From an uncultured bacterium (GTDB taxonomy: Bacteria > Pseudomonadota > Gammaproteobacteria > Burkholderiales > Burkholderiaceae_D), in contig CBDDRJ010000015.1 of NCBI GenBank assembly GCA_965233055.1, positions 2,457 through 66,456 of the forward strand: a stretch of DNA of 64,000 nucleotides. Direction: 5' to 3'. The translations under genes were made by a program, and so were the position numbers. Below, in pieces: positions 46,689 to 55,705 of the stretch (positions are counted from its first letter, which is position 1; every line of letters starts with the position of its first letter). The notes under the pieces were generated by a model, which worked only from the letters and a program-made list of their open reading frames with translations, made no database searches and was not told the origin of the DNA.

Positions 46689-47759
46689 CTAGGCCAACCT
46701 TGCCGACAAACCGCTGCGCCGCACTTGCGGCAAAGCCGTTTGCAGCACCGCCGCGCCATCGATTTCATCGAGCCAGCGACATACTTCGATCTGTTGTGGC
46801 GGCGTCAATGCGGAGAATGTCTCGCGCATGCGCTGCGCCATCCACAGCGGATAGCTCGCAGCATGGCGCCGGTGGATACCACCGACCATCGGATAGGCCA
46901 CCGGCCCCATGAAGCGCTGCGGCGTCGCCGCCTGTTCCAGCGCCACACCGCACTGCTGCAGGAACGGCATCATCTCGTCAATGATCGAACGCAGCGCCGG
47001 CATCAAGGTCGGCGGCACCCTGTCGTCGCTCAGGAAGGCGCCGCCAATTGCGCTGTCCGGATCGAACATCCGGTCGATCCAGGCTTTCAGGTGCGGGCGC
47101 GGTTCGATCAGATCGCGCCGCGACAAAGGGTCGCGGCCGATATGCGCATACAGCGGCCCGATCAGGCCAAAGTCGCCGATGCAGGGCCGCCCGCCCAACA
47201 GGAAAGGGTAGAGCGCAAAATGGGCATCAAGGGCGTCGAGCTGGATCTGGCCGAAGCGCTCGAGCAGCGCCGTCATATCGGGGCCGAAGCCGAGGGTGGC
47301 CCTCAGGGCCTGCATGCCATTGGCGATCTGCCTGCCCATCAGGCGCTGCAGGAAACCGGGCCAGCCAGGCAGCAGCACGCTGCCGGCCTCCTGGTGGTAC
47401 CAGGGCAGGTGTTCGGGCCGGTTCCAACGCGTATGCATGGCCAGCGGCAGCAGGAATTCGTCACCCCACAGTTCGAACAGATAGGCCGCCATGCGCAGCA
47501 CCGGCGTGGCCGGCAATGCCGGATTGGCCCGATAGCGCGCTTCGAGCGTGTCAATGATGACGCTGGTGTCCTGCAGCCATTCGCCCGAAGGCGTGTGCAC
47601 CACCGGCACCACCGCCGCCCCCACCTTTTGCGGCATCACGCGCAGATAGATCCAGGCGGTGGCCGTCGTTTCGGTGAAGGCGATGCGCTTGTGCAGCAGG
47701 TAGCTGCGGGCCTTGCCGGAGTAGTAGGAGAACTGCGCACCATACAAGGTATGGCTCAT
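46689..47759 (-). CDS. Long GST-like protein (thioredoxin-like N-domain + extended C-domain), paralog A
   Basis: It has LYGAQFSYYSGKARSYLLHKRIAFTE...VPVVHTPSGEWLQDTSVII, a GST N-terminal pattern. It is 356 aa and a paralog of 54548-55657. Confidence 0.65.
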   Translation of the reverse strand: MSHTLYGAQFSYYSGKARSYLLHKRIAFTETTATAWIYLRVMPQKVGAAVVPVVHTPSGEWLQDTSVIIDTLEARYRANPALPATPVLRMAAYLFELWGDEFLLPLAMHTRWNRPEHLPWYHQEAGSVLLPGWPGFLQRLMGRQIANGMQALRATLGFGPDMTALLERFGQIQLDALDAHFALYPFLLGGRPCIGDFGLIGPLYAHIGRDPLSRRDLIEPRPHLKAWIDRMFDPDSAIGGAFLSDDRVPPTLMPALRSIIDEMMPFLQQCGVALEQAATPQRFMGPVAYPMVGGIHRRHAASYPLWMAQRMRETFSALTPPQQIEVCRWLDEIDGAAVLQTALPQVRRSGLSARLA

Positions 47760-48454
47760 CGCGCCACCGCGCGCTCACGGCGCAGGGAGCGCAGCCAGCA
47801 GACCAGCAGGAAGACGATCAGCAGCAGCGCGCCGCACAGCACCCGCAAGTCAGATAGCACCAGTTCGGCCGAGGTGGGCAGCAGCGTCACCTGCAGTGCG
47901 GCCAACTTGTAAGGCGCATAAGGCAGGTAGTCAGGGCTGCTGAACAGCGCCAGCGCGTGGCGCCGGCTCGGGTAGCGCATCACGATCACGCGATCGAAGC
48001 GCCCGCCGTCGGCCTTCCCCTCCAGTAGCGCCGGGCCCTGGCTGACGCCGGCGTAGATCGGGAAGTCGCCGGCCAACAGCGCCAGCGCCGTGACCTTGCT
48101 TTCATAGTAGGCGTTGGCCTGGCGCGGTGTGCCTTTGAAATCCGGCGCGCCCGGGTAGGTCAGTAGTGTGTCATGGTAGCGCAGCAGGTTGATCATATAG
48201 ACCGGCTGACCATCGTCCTGCAGGGCCCAGCTGCGCAGCTGGGCCACCAGCGGCCCACGCAGCGCTTCCGGCACCGCCGGGCTGGCCTCGATACGCGCCA
48301 GGTAGGCATCGATCTCGGGCGCGGCCAGACGCCCTTGCACCAGGCCGGGAGTCTGCCACAGGTAGAAGGCGGCGAACAGGGCCAGCAGGACCAGCCCAAG
48401 ATTGCGTTCGAAACGGTGGCGGCGTGCCGTCGCCGGCTGGATGGTTTTGCTCAT
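47756..48454 (-). CDS. Membrane-anchored DUF1330-like protein (paralog B)
   Basis: Its ATG at 48454 overlaps the upstream TGA (ATGA). The protein is 232 aa with TM helices at both ends. The core QPVYMINLLRYH...RVIVMRYPSRRHALALFSSPDYLPYAPYK is alignable to 28885-29550. Confidence 0.55.
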   Translation of the reverse strand: MSKTIQPATARRHRFERNLGLVLLALFAAFYLWQTPGLVQGRLAAPEIDAYLARIEASPAVPEALRGPLVAQLRSWALQDDGQPVYMINLLRYHDTLLTYPGAPDFKGTPRQANAYYESKVTALALLAGDFPIYAGVSQGPALLEGKADGGRFDRVIVMRYPSRRHALALFSSPDYLPYAPYKLAALQVTLLPTSAELVLSDLRVLCGALLLIVFLLVCWLRSLRRERAVAR

Positions 48455-49287
48455 TTCAAATACTCCAATAATAAATCGTTCACTTGCTGCGGGCGGTCCA
48501 ATTGCAGCCAATGGCTGGCGCCCTCCACTTCCTCGTAGCGCCAGGCGCCATCGACGTACTGGCCCGAGATCTGCATCTGTTTGCGCGACAGCGTATGGTC
48601 GCCGCTGCTCCACATGCCCATCACCGGCACCTGGACCCGCCCATGATGGCGCGGGATGATGATGCCGATATTCTCGCGGTACAGGCCATTGGCGGCGTGC
48701 ATGCGGCCGGGACGGGCCATATCGGCCTTCCACTGCGCCAGCTCGGGCGGGTAGTTGGTCATCCATTTGAACAGCGACCAGTTGCCCAGCTTGAGGATGG
48801 CCGCGCCGAGCGGGGAAGCCAGGATCGGCACGTAGTAGCCCTTGATCAGCTGGGCCAGGCCACCGCGCGGATAGGCCTCGGGATGGCCGACCGACATGGC
48901 GACATAGCGGTCGACACGCTGCGGGCAGGCCAGCGCGAATTGCCAGCCGATCACGGCGCCCCAGTCATGCCCGACCAGGCGCACCTTAGTGGCGCCGACC
49001 GCATCGAGGATGCCGGCCAGGTCGGCCAACACGACAGGAATCTTGTAGGACCCGCTGGCAGTGGGCGCATCGCTGTCGCCGAAGCCGCGCAGGTCCGGTG
49101 CGATGACGCGGAACCCGGCCGCCACCAGCGCCGGGATCTGCTTGCGCCATACCTTGTGGCTGTCGGGAAAACCGTGGATCAGCAGGACGTCCGGGCCCTG
49201 TCCTTCGACCACCACATTGAGCGTGATGCCGTTGACGCCGATCCGCCGGCTGGCGAATTCGGTTCGATGAATTGGGTTGCTGCTCAC
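48451..49287 (-). CDS. Alpha/beta hydrolase, epoxide-hydrolase-like (paralog B)
   Basis: A GTG start at 49287 follows GGGGAGA. It has LLIHGFPDSHKVWRKQIPALVAAGFRVIAPDLRGFGDS, VGHDWGAVIG and SHWLQLD. The tracked ATG extension would translate the poly-G tract as PPPPP. Confidence 0.75.
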   Translation of the reverse strand: MSSNPIHRTEFASRRIGVNGITLNVVVEGQGPDVLLIHGFPDSHKVWRKQIPALVAAGFRVIAPDLRGFGDSDAPTASGSYKIPVVLADLAGILDAVGATKVRLVGHDWGAVIGWQFALACPQRVDRYVAMSVGHPEAYPRGGLAQLIKGYYVPILASPLGAAILKLGNWSLFKWMTNYPPELAQWKADMARPGRMHAANGLYRENIGIIIPRHHGRVQVPVMGMWSSGDHTLSRKQMQISGQYVDGAWRYEEVEGASHWLQLDRPQQVNDLLLEYLK

Positions 49288-49362
49288 TGCTGGTCTCCCC
49301 TGTTGGTGATGCTGAATTATCAGCAAGCAACGGAACCATGACTTGTGTTTAGTGCCCAGTAT

Positions 49363-49376
49363 GGGGGGGGGGGGGG
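49363..49376. repeat. G14 homopolymer (C14 on the coding strand of the downstream operon)
   Basis: I counted 14 consecutive G residues directly at 49363-49376, followed by TGGGTGG. The tract lies 76 nt upstream of the GTG start at 49287. Confidence 0.9.
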
Positions 49377-49426
49377 TGGGTGGAACCAAAAACCGGTTCA
49401 CCCAATCGCAACGATGTCGTAGCAGC

Positions 49427-49502
49427 GTAGGGTGGGCACTGTGTGCCCACCGCCCGACAGCGACGGTGGGCAAGGTCAAAAGCGAGCTGACCGACCCTAC
49501 GG
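49427..49502. repeat. REP-type nested hairpin element
   Basis: The sequence is CGTAGGGTGGGCACtgtGTGCCCACCG...GACGGTGGGCAAGG...GACCCTACGG. It belongs to the same family as 46618 and 11127. Confidence 0.6.
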
Positions 49503-49533
49503 TTGCGCCGCCAGCGCCACTCCTTGGAGTCGC

Positions 49534-51489
49534 TTACTTCGGGCTGTACCAGACCGGCGACGACCAGGCCCGCTCCTGGATGGTGGCCGGTACGCCGGCC
49601 GGCAAAGCCAATCCGCTGCGGATGGCGTCGCGCTGCGTATAGCGGCACACCGGGTTTTCCAGCACGCGGACGTAGTAGAACGCAGACTGGTCGGCGCGGA
49701 ACGACGGATCGCGCCAGGTGGTCGCCAGTTCCGGCGCTCCCTTGTCTTTCGAGATCGAGCAATCGGCCAGGTCGACCTTGGCGCCGTTGTCGCGACAAAC
49801 GCCGGTGGCCGGATCGGGTACCACCCCGTCCGAGCACGCCACGTCGAACACCCGTTCAAAGGTCTGGGTCCCGTCCGACCAGCCCTTGACCACCTGGATG
49901 CGTTGCAGCGGCGCCGAATTGGCGTCGCGCGTGGCCCACACCAGCAGCGACATCGCCGCGCCGGCCTTGGCCGCGCGCAGATCACCCCCCATCGGCACGC
50001 CGGCCGCATAGGCTTGCTTGACCATATCGGCGCGCAAATGCAGGTCAGCCGGCAAGTCGAAACCGGCGAACATGCGCACCCGCAGGCGGCTGCCGCTGGT
50101 GCCGAACGTTTCCTTGCGCTTCATGCCGTCGAAGATCGCTTCGCGCGTGTTCTGCTCGGCCCATACACCGGTCAGGCCGCCCGGGTTGAGGCGCGGCGCG
50201 TTGATGCCGAGCGAACGGGTGACCAGATTGGTGGTCGAGCCCATCCTGACCTTGGCATCGTTGTCGACCGCCGCGCCGTGACCCTTGTAGGTGCTTTCCT
50301 CGGTGTCGCCGGGGGTGCCGTTGTGATTGTCGGTGGCGGCGACGATGCCGAACTTATACGGATTGAAGCCAAGCTTCTGCTCTTCCAGCAAGCCCTTGCG
50401 CAGCACATTGCGCACCACGTCGTTGTGGCTGACGCAACGCCGTGCGTGCAAGCCGTCGGCCGGATTGACCTTGTCCTCGCCCGCTTTGCAGACTGGCCAC
50501 AGGGCCTCGAAACCGCATTGCTCGTCATTGCTGCCCAGGCCGGACGCGCATTCCGAATTGCCCTTGGCCTGGAACACTTCGACCAGGGTTTCGAGCTTGG
50601 CGCGCAGGGCCAGGTTCTCGCGCGTGATGGCGCTGGTATTGCCATTGGTCTCGCCGAACATCAGGCCCCACGACCAGTTTGGATTGTGCGGGATCGACAG
50701 CGCCTGGCAGTCGCCCTTGCAGCCGGCGTCGAGCCAGCGCAGCATGTCCTCAGGGAAGCCGTCGAAGGCGCTGAACACCCGGTCCGGCACCTTGGTGCCG
50801 CGGAAGATCACATTACGATGCAGCATGCCGGTGGCGTCGAGGGTCGGGCTGTATTCGAAGGCGGAAAAAGTGGTGAATTTGCCGGGCTGGTAGTGCTCAT
50901 TGGCGGCGGCCTGCACATCGTCCCATACGCCCTTGACTTCGGCCACGCAGCGCGCGCCGCCGACGCCGCATACGGTCTCGTCGTAGACACCGGTCTTGCT
51001 GCCCAACTGGCGCACCTGCGCGGTCAGGCGCGGGAACATCGCCAGAATCTGGTAGCGCTGCCCCATGCAATTGAGGCTCCAGTAATTGCCACTGTCAGGC
51101 TTGGAGCACTGGGCATACATGCCCATGCCTTCAGCATGATCGGTGATGGCGGCGAAATCGAGCGGCGTGAGCAGGCGCTGGCGCAAGCCGCCGGTCAGCT
51201 CCACTTCCTCGCCTTTGGCGAAGCGGTAAGCGGTACGCGGCGTATTGTCGGTGCCCAGTACGCCGGCGTCCATCGACAGGCTGGTATGCACATGCAGCTC
51301 GCCGAAATAAGCGTTCTTGAGCGGATTGGCCGGTGGTGGCTGCACGGCGGCGGTCTGCGGGCCGGTCTTACCAGCGAGCGCGATACGGCCGCGCGCCTTG
51401 TATTCGGCATGGGCGATCCAGGCCGCCAGCGCCACCAACAACACCAGCAGGGCGGCGCCGGTCCAGCGTGCGATTTTCTTCAACATCAT
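49534..51489 (-). CDS. DUF3604-family protein (PHP-like metal-dependent hydrolase fold, N-terminal membrane anchor/signal)
   Basis: The ATG at 51489 follows AGGGGAG. The N-terminal is MMLKKIARWTGAALLVLLVALAAW. It has the PHP-like FGELHVHTSLSMD. The protein is ~651 aa. Confidence 0.65.
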   Translation of the reverse strand: MMLKKIARWTGAALLVLLVALAAWIAHAEYKARGRIALAGKTGPQTAAVQPPPANPLKNAYFGELHVHTSLSMDAGVLGTDNTPRTAYRFAKGEEVELTGGLRQRLLTPLDFAAITDHAEGMGMYAQCSKPDSGNYWSLNCMGQRYQILAMFPRLTAQVRQLGSKTGVYDETVCGVGGARCVAEVKGVWDDVQAAANEHYQPGKFTTFSAFEYSPTLDATGMLHRNVIFRGTKVPDRVFSAFDGFPEDMLRWLDAGCKGDCQALSIPHNPNWSWGLMFGETNGNTSAITRENLALRAKLETLVEVFQAKGNSECASGLGSNDEQCGFEALWPVCKAGEDKVNPADGLHARRCVSHNDVVRNVLRKGLLEEQKLGFNPYKFGIVAATDNHNGTPGDTEESTYKGHGAAVDNDAKVRMGSTTNLVTRSLGINAPRLNPGGLTGVWAEQNTREAIFDGMKRKETFGTSGSRLRVRMFAGFDLPADLHLRADMVKQAYAAGVPMGGDLRAAKAGAAMSLLVWATRDANSAPLQRIQVVKGWSDGTQTFERVFDVACSDGVVPDPATGVCRDNGAKVDLADCSISKDKGAPELATTWRDPSFRADQSAFYYVRVLENPVCRYTQRDAIRSGLALPAGVPATIQERAWSSPVWYSPK

Positions 51490-51514
51490 TGCTCCCCTAT
51501 CCATTTCATTTTTA

Positions 51515-52507
51515 TTAAACCAGAACCACAATCACCCGCTCGGCCAGCCACACCGTCGCCACTGCCCCGACGCCATAGGCACAGGCCTGTTCGATGCGCC
51601 GCAATGGCAGCGCGCGCCACTGGCGCAAGGCCGCCAGCAGCAGCGACGCCGCCAGCACGAAGGCCAGCTGGCCAGCCTCCACGCCGAGGTTAAACAGCAG
51701 CAGGGCTTGCACCACCTCCCCTTGCGGCAAGCCGATGTCAGCCAGCGCACCGGCAAACCCCAGGCCGTGCAGCAGGCCGAAACCGAACGCCACCAGCCAT
51801 GGCGCGCGGCGCATCAAGGAGCCTTGGCCGGCCGGGCGCAGCACCTCGCGCGCCAGGAACACGATCGACAGAGCGATGCTGGCTTCGACCGGCGGCGCAG
51901 GCAGTACCACCACATCGAGCGCCGCCAGCGCCAGTGTGAGGCAATGGGCCGCGGTGAAGGCGGTGATGGTCTGCACCAGGCGCCAGCGTTGCGGCACCAG
52001 CAGCAACAGGCAAAATACGAACAGCAGATGGTCGATGCCGCTCAGGATATGTTCGACCCCTAGCAGGAAATAGCCGCCCAGCGCCACCTGGCGCGTGGCC
52101 AGCGTCCCCAATGCCACGCCAGGCGCGCGCGGCGAGGCCAGCGCAGACCAGTGGCGTCCGTCCTGCATGGTCAGCTGGACCTGCACATTGACCATGGTGG
52201 CGGCCAGGCCGGCGATCGGCAGCATCACGCCGCGCGCCAGGCTGGCGCCGCAGCGCAGCCGCCAATGCTGGAGACGCGCGCCCGGCGTGCTGCGTTCGGC
52301 GATTTCGCCGTCGGCGACGCAATCGGCCGGGAACACCGGAGCGATGGCTGGCGCCTTGCCCTGGGTGGCCGGCACCCGCCAGCTGACGTCGTACCGCTGC
52401 GGCGCCACTTCAATCACTCTCAGCGAGGCAGGCAGGCTTTCGTGGGCCGGCGCCGGCGCCGTCGCCAGGCACAGCCAGGCAAACAAGAAGCTGCGCAAGG
52501 CGGTCAA
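51515..52507 (-). CDS. HupE/UreJ-family membrane protein with an N-terminal periplasmic extension
   Basis: It has LLGVEHILSGIDHLLFV and FGLLHGLGFAGAL, the HupE/UreJ signatures. The proposed TTG start at 52507 overlaps the upstream TGA and gives signal peptide TALRSFLFAWLCLATAPAPA. The start is uncertain. Confidence 0.6.
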   Translation of the reverse strand: MTALRSFLFAWLCLATAPAPAHESLPASLRVIEVAPQRYDVSWRVPATQGKAPAIAPVFPADCVADGEIAERSTPGARLQHWRLRCGASLARGVMLPIAGLAATMVNVQVQLTMQDGRHWSALASPRAPGVALGTLATRQVALGGYFLLGVEHILSGIDHLLFVFCLLLLVPQRWRLVQTITAFTAAHCLTLALAALDVVVLPAPPVEASIALSIVFLAREVLRPAGQGSLMRRAPWLVAFGFGLLHGLGFAGALADIGLPQGEVVQALLLFNLGVEAGQLAFVLAASLLLAALRQWRALPLRRIEQACAYGVGAVATVWLAERVIVVLV

Positions 52508-53355
52508 GGCGCCCCCAGTGCGGCCGGCATCGTGATGCGGTAGGACTTGCGCACCCGCGCGTAAGCCTGCTCGCGCGCCTGCTGCAAGCGCTCGTTGGTC
52601 AGATCGGCTTTGACGGCATCGCGCACGGCATCCAACGGCTGAAAAGCGGCGGCACTGCGCTGGCCGACCCGCACCAGATGCAGGCCGGTTGCCGTCTTCA
52701 GCGGTCCGTGCCACTGCCCGGGCGCCAGCTGCGCGACGGCGGCGGCGAAGTCGGCGCCGAAGTCGCGCGCGATGTCCTGCTGCGACATGCGCGGCTGGGC
52801 CCGCGCCAGCATCGACGGATCGCCGTCGACCGCCTGGCCGGCCTGCAGGCGCACCAGCGCCGCGCGCGCACGCACGTCGGCATCGCCCGGATGCCGCGCG
52901 CTGAAATGGATCTGCTCGAAACTGTGCAAGACAGGCGCCGCATAGGCGTCGCGGCGAGTCGCGTAGTAGGCGGCTAGCTCGTTCTCGGTCGGCGTCATCA
53001 CCTCGGCCTGGGCCAGGTAGTCGAACTTTTGCACCAGGCGGCGGCGCACGATCACGTCGTCGCGATCGAGCCCCATGGCCTGCGCCTCGCGGTACAGCAC
53101 TTCTTCGCGCACGAAGGAGCGCACGATCTCGCGCAGGCGGGCCGGGTCGGGATTGGCGCCGTACTGCTTGACCGCCAGCAGGCGCAAGCGCTCCACATCG
53201 GCGTCGGTGACCACGATGTCGGCCCCGGCTGGCTGGTGCAAGACGGCATACAGGACAAAGAATGCGGCGGCCAGCGCCGCGAAATGGACGAGCGGCTCGG
53301 CCAGCAGGCGGCGCCAGCGGGCGCGCGGCGCAGGCACCGGATCGGCTTGGGTCAT
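52504..53355 (-). CDS. Membrane-anchored parvulin-type peptidyl-prolyl isomerase (PpiC/PpiD-like)
   Basis: The ATG at 53355 gives one N-terminal TM (LVHFAALAAAFFVLYAV). The parvulin-like C-terminal is DFGADFAAAVAQLAPGQWHGPLKTATGLHLVRV. Confidence 0.6.
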   Translation of the reverse strand: MTQADPVPAPRARWRRLLAEPLVHFAALAAAFFVLYAVLHQPAGADIVVTDADVERLRLLAVKQYGANPDPARLREIVRSFVREEVLYREAQAMGLDRDDVIVRRRLVQKFDYLAQAEVMTPTENELAAYYATRRDAYAAPVLHSFEQIHFSARHPGDADVRARAALVRLQAGQAVDGDPSMLARAQPRMSQQDIARDFGADFAAAVAQLAPGQWHGPLKTATGLHLVRVGQRSAAAFQPLDAVRDAVKADLTNERLQQAREQAYARVRKSYRITMPAALGAP

Positions 53356-53413
53356 CGTGGTCTGCCTGGCGAGAAAAAGTGAACCGTCAAAAAGCTTGAT
53401 TGTGACTGAGGTT

Positions 53414-54481
53414 CTAAGCAACTACTTGTGAATTGAGCCCAAACTCGTCGGCTGGGCGCGACAAGCCGGCGCGATACGCCATCGGGGTCAGCCCGGATTC
53501 CTTACGAAATGCATGGCTGAAATTGGCGCCATCGCGGTAGCCGAGCCGGTAGGCGATCTGGGTGATCGGCTGCGCCTTGTCGAGCAGCATCGCGCAGGCC
53601 CGCTCATGCCGGATCTGCCGGCCCATCTGGCGCAGATTGCAGGCTTCGCTGGCGAGCTGGCGCGTCAACGAGGTCGGGCTGACATTGAGCAGCTGGGCCA
53701 GTTCCTCGCGCGACGGCTGGCAGCCTTCGGCCTCGCGCAGGATGACCTGCACCCACTGGGCCCAGTTGCGGTGGCGCGCGATGCTGCGCTGGCGCTGCTG
53801 CAGGGTGTCGACCATGGCGGCGGTGACAGCCTGGTCAACCGGCCACAGCGGCGTATCGAGCATGGCGGCGTCGAACACGAATTTGACCTCCGGCAGGGCC
53901 TGGGCGCCGAAGCTGAAGCGGGTCGGACGCAGCGCCGCATAGCGCCGCAGGTGCGGCGGGCTGGGCATCGACAGATAGGCGTCGGCACGCCCCATGCGCT
54001 GGCCCAGCGCCTCCTTCAATTCAGTATGGACGGAGACGGCGAACACTTCTTCGAGCGCCCTCAGGGTCAGCGGGCTCATGAAGGCGGCCGGGCGCCAGAT
54101 CAGCACGCCGCCGTCCGCATTGCGCTCGTACTGCAGCGAAAACACCGGGGTGACCAGGCGCGAGAAGCGCGCCAGCAGGCGCAGCAGCTGGTCGGCCGTC
54201 TCACAGCGCAACAAGGCCTGGCCCAGGCTCTGGTGGTGATGGATCTTGATCGCCAGGCCCAGTTCGAAACCGAGGTCGTCGCGACCCGACAGCGCGGAAA
54301 ATGTGGTGATCAGGGCATCGAACTGGCTGATGGTCAGGATCTTGTCGGGGTGCCGCAGCTCCTGCTCATTGAAGCCCAGGCCGGCCAGCGCGGCGTCGAT
54401 CCGCTCACCGAGCTGGCCGCGCAGCAGTGCCAGCAGCGGCGTGAAGTAACGGGCCGGAATGATCGGGTCGAATAGCGCCAT
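53414..54481 (-). CDS. AraC-family transcriptional regulator (paralog 3 of 3)
   Basis: The ATG at 54481 gives an N-terminal with IPARYFTPLLALL. The C-terminal has LAQLLNVSPTSLTRQLA...IAYRLGYRDGANFSHAFRKESGLTPMAYR. Confidence 0.8.
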   Translation of the reverse strand: MALFDPIIPARYFTPLLALLRGQLGERIDAALAGLGFNEQELRHPDKILTISQFDALITTFSALSGRDDLGFELGLAIKIHHHQSLGQALLRCETADQLLRLLARFSRLVTPVFSLQYERNADGGVLIWRPAAFMSPLTLRALEEVFAVSVHTELKEALGQRMGRADAYLSMPSPPHLRRYAALRPTRFSFGAQALPEVKFVFDAAMLDTPLWPVDQAVTAAMVDTLQQRQRSIARHRNWAQWVQVILREAEGCQPSREELAQLLNVSPTSLTRQLASEACNLRQMGRQIRHERACAMLLDKAQPITQIAYRLGYRDGANFSHAFRKESGLTPMAYRAGLSRPADEFGLNSQVVA

Positions 54482-54547
54482 GGCGCGCGGTTTTCCTTTG
54501 ACTGGGATAGCGCGAGGATAACAGATAGGCGTCACCCCTTGGCCCCT

Positions 54548-55657
54548 TCATTCGCCCAGCGCCACTTCCGGTGCCACATGCAAGCCGACCCGGCGCAAGC
54601 GAGGAAAGCGCAGCGACAGCAAGCCGGCGGCGCCGTGCGCTGCCAGCCAGTCCTTCACCTGCGTGGCCTGCGCTTCCGGCGACTGGGCGACCTGGTCCTG
54701 CAGGCGCTGTAGCATCCAAAGTGCATACGGCACGACCACCCGGCGCAGGCTGGCGCCGCCATACGGTATGTCGACCGCCGGGCCAAGCCGCGGATAGCGA
54801 GGGTCGGTGGCCGACATCGGCTCCAGCGCCCGCATGGCATGGGTACATTGCTCCAGATAGGGCAGCATTTCGCCGAACAAGCTGGCCAGCATCGGGTCCA
54901 GGCTGGCGGGCAGCTGGTCGTCTGGCAGAAATGCGCCGGCGCTCTGGCCGGTGGCACTCATGCGGGCAATCCAGCCGCGCAGGTGCTGGCGCCTGTCGAT
55001 CAACTGGCGCAGCGGGTAAGGGTCAAGGGCCAGGTGGCCATTGATCGGTCCCATCAGCGCAAAGTCGGCCAGCGAGGCGCGGCTGCCCAGCAAGTAGGGC
55101 ATTGCCGCGAAATGCGCGTCAAGCGCATCGAGCTGCCGCTCCGACCAGCGTTCGACCAAGCCATGGGTGTTTGGCACCACGCCGACCTGGCGCGTCACTT
55201 CCAGCATGAATTGGTGGAAGTGGTTGACGACGGCATGCCGCATGAAGCGCGGAAAGCCCGGCAATAGCGTCGACAGTTCGTCGCGCCAGAGCGGGAAATT
55301 CTCGTGAAAACTGAAACGGTAATGCTCGGCCGTCGGATGCCAGAACTCGTCGGCCCACAGTTCGACCAGCAAGGCGAAACAGCGCTGCACCGGGGTGGCC
55401 GGCAGCGCCGGCGCCTTCGGGTAGCGCTGTTCCATCGCTTCGATGATCAGGGTACTGTCCTGCAGCCACTGGCCTTCAGGCGTGACCAGCACCGGCACGG
55501 CGGCGTCGCCACAATGCTGCGGGATGGTCCGCTTGAACATCAGCAGCGATGGCTTCTTTTCCGTGAACCGGATGCCTTTGTGCTGCAAATAAGAGCGCAC
55601 CTTGGCCGAGTACCAGGAAATGCGCCACGCATAGAGGGTGAAGTGTGGGGTGTGCAT
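54548..55657 (-). CDS. Long GST-like protein, paralog B
   Basis: The ATG at 55657 gives FTLYAWRISWYSAKVRSYLQHKGIRFTE...VPVLVTPEGQWLQDSTLII. It is alignable over its full length with 46689-47759. Confidence 0.65.
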   Translation of the reverse strand: MHTPHFTLYAWRISWYSAKVRSYLQHKGIRFTEKKPSLLMFKRTIPQHCGDAAVPVLVTPEGQWLQDSTLIIEAMEQRYPKAPALPATPVQRCFALLVELWADEFWHPTAEHYRFSFHENFPLWRDELSTLLPGFPRFMRHAVVNHFHQFMLEVTRQVGVVPNTHGLVERWSERQLDALDAHFAAMPYLLGSRASLADFALMGPINGHLALDPYPLRQLIDRRQHLRGWIARMSATGQSAGAFLPDDQLPASLDPMLASLFGEMLPYLEQCTHAMRALEPMSATDPRYPRLGPAVDIPYGGASLRRVVVPYALWMLQRLQDQVAQSPEAQATQVKDWLAAHGAAGLLSLRFPRLRRVGLHVAPEVALGE

Positions 55658-55705
55658 GAGCGTCGATATTACGGGTCCTGCGCGCGCCACACTTGTGATT
55701 TCAAC

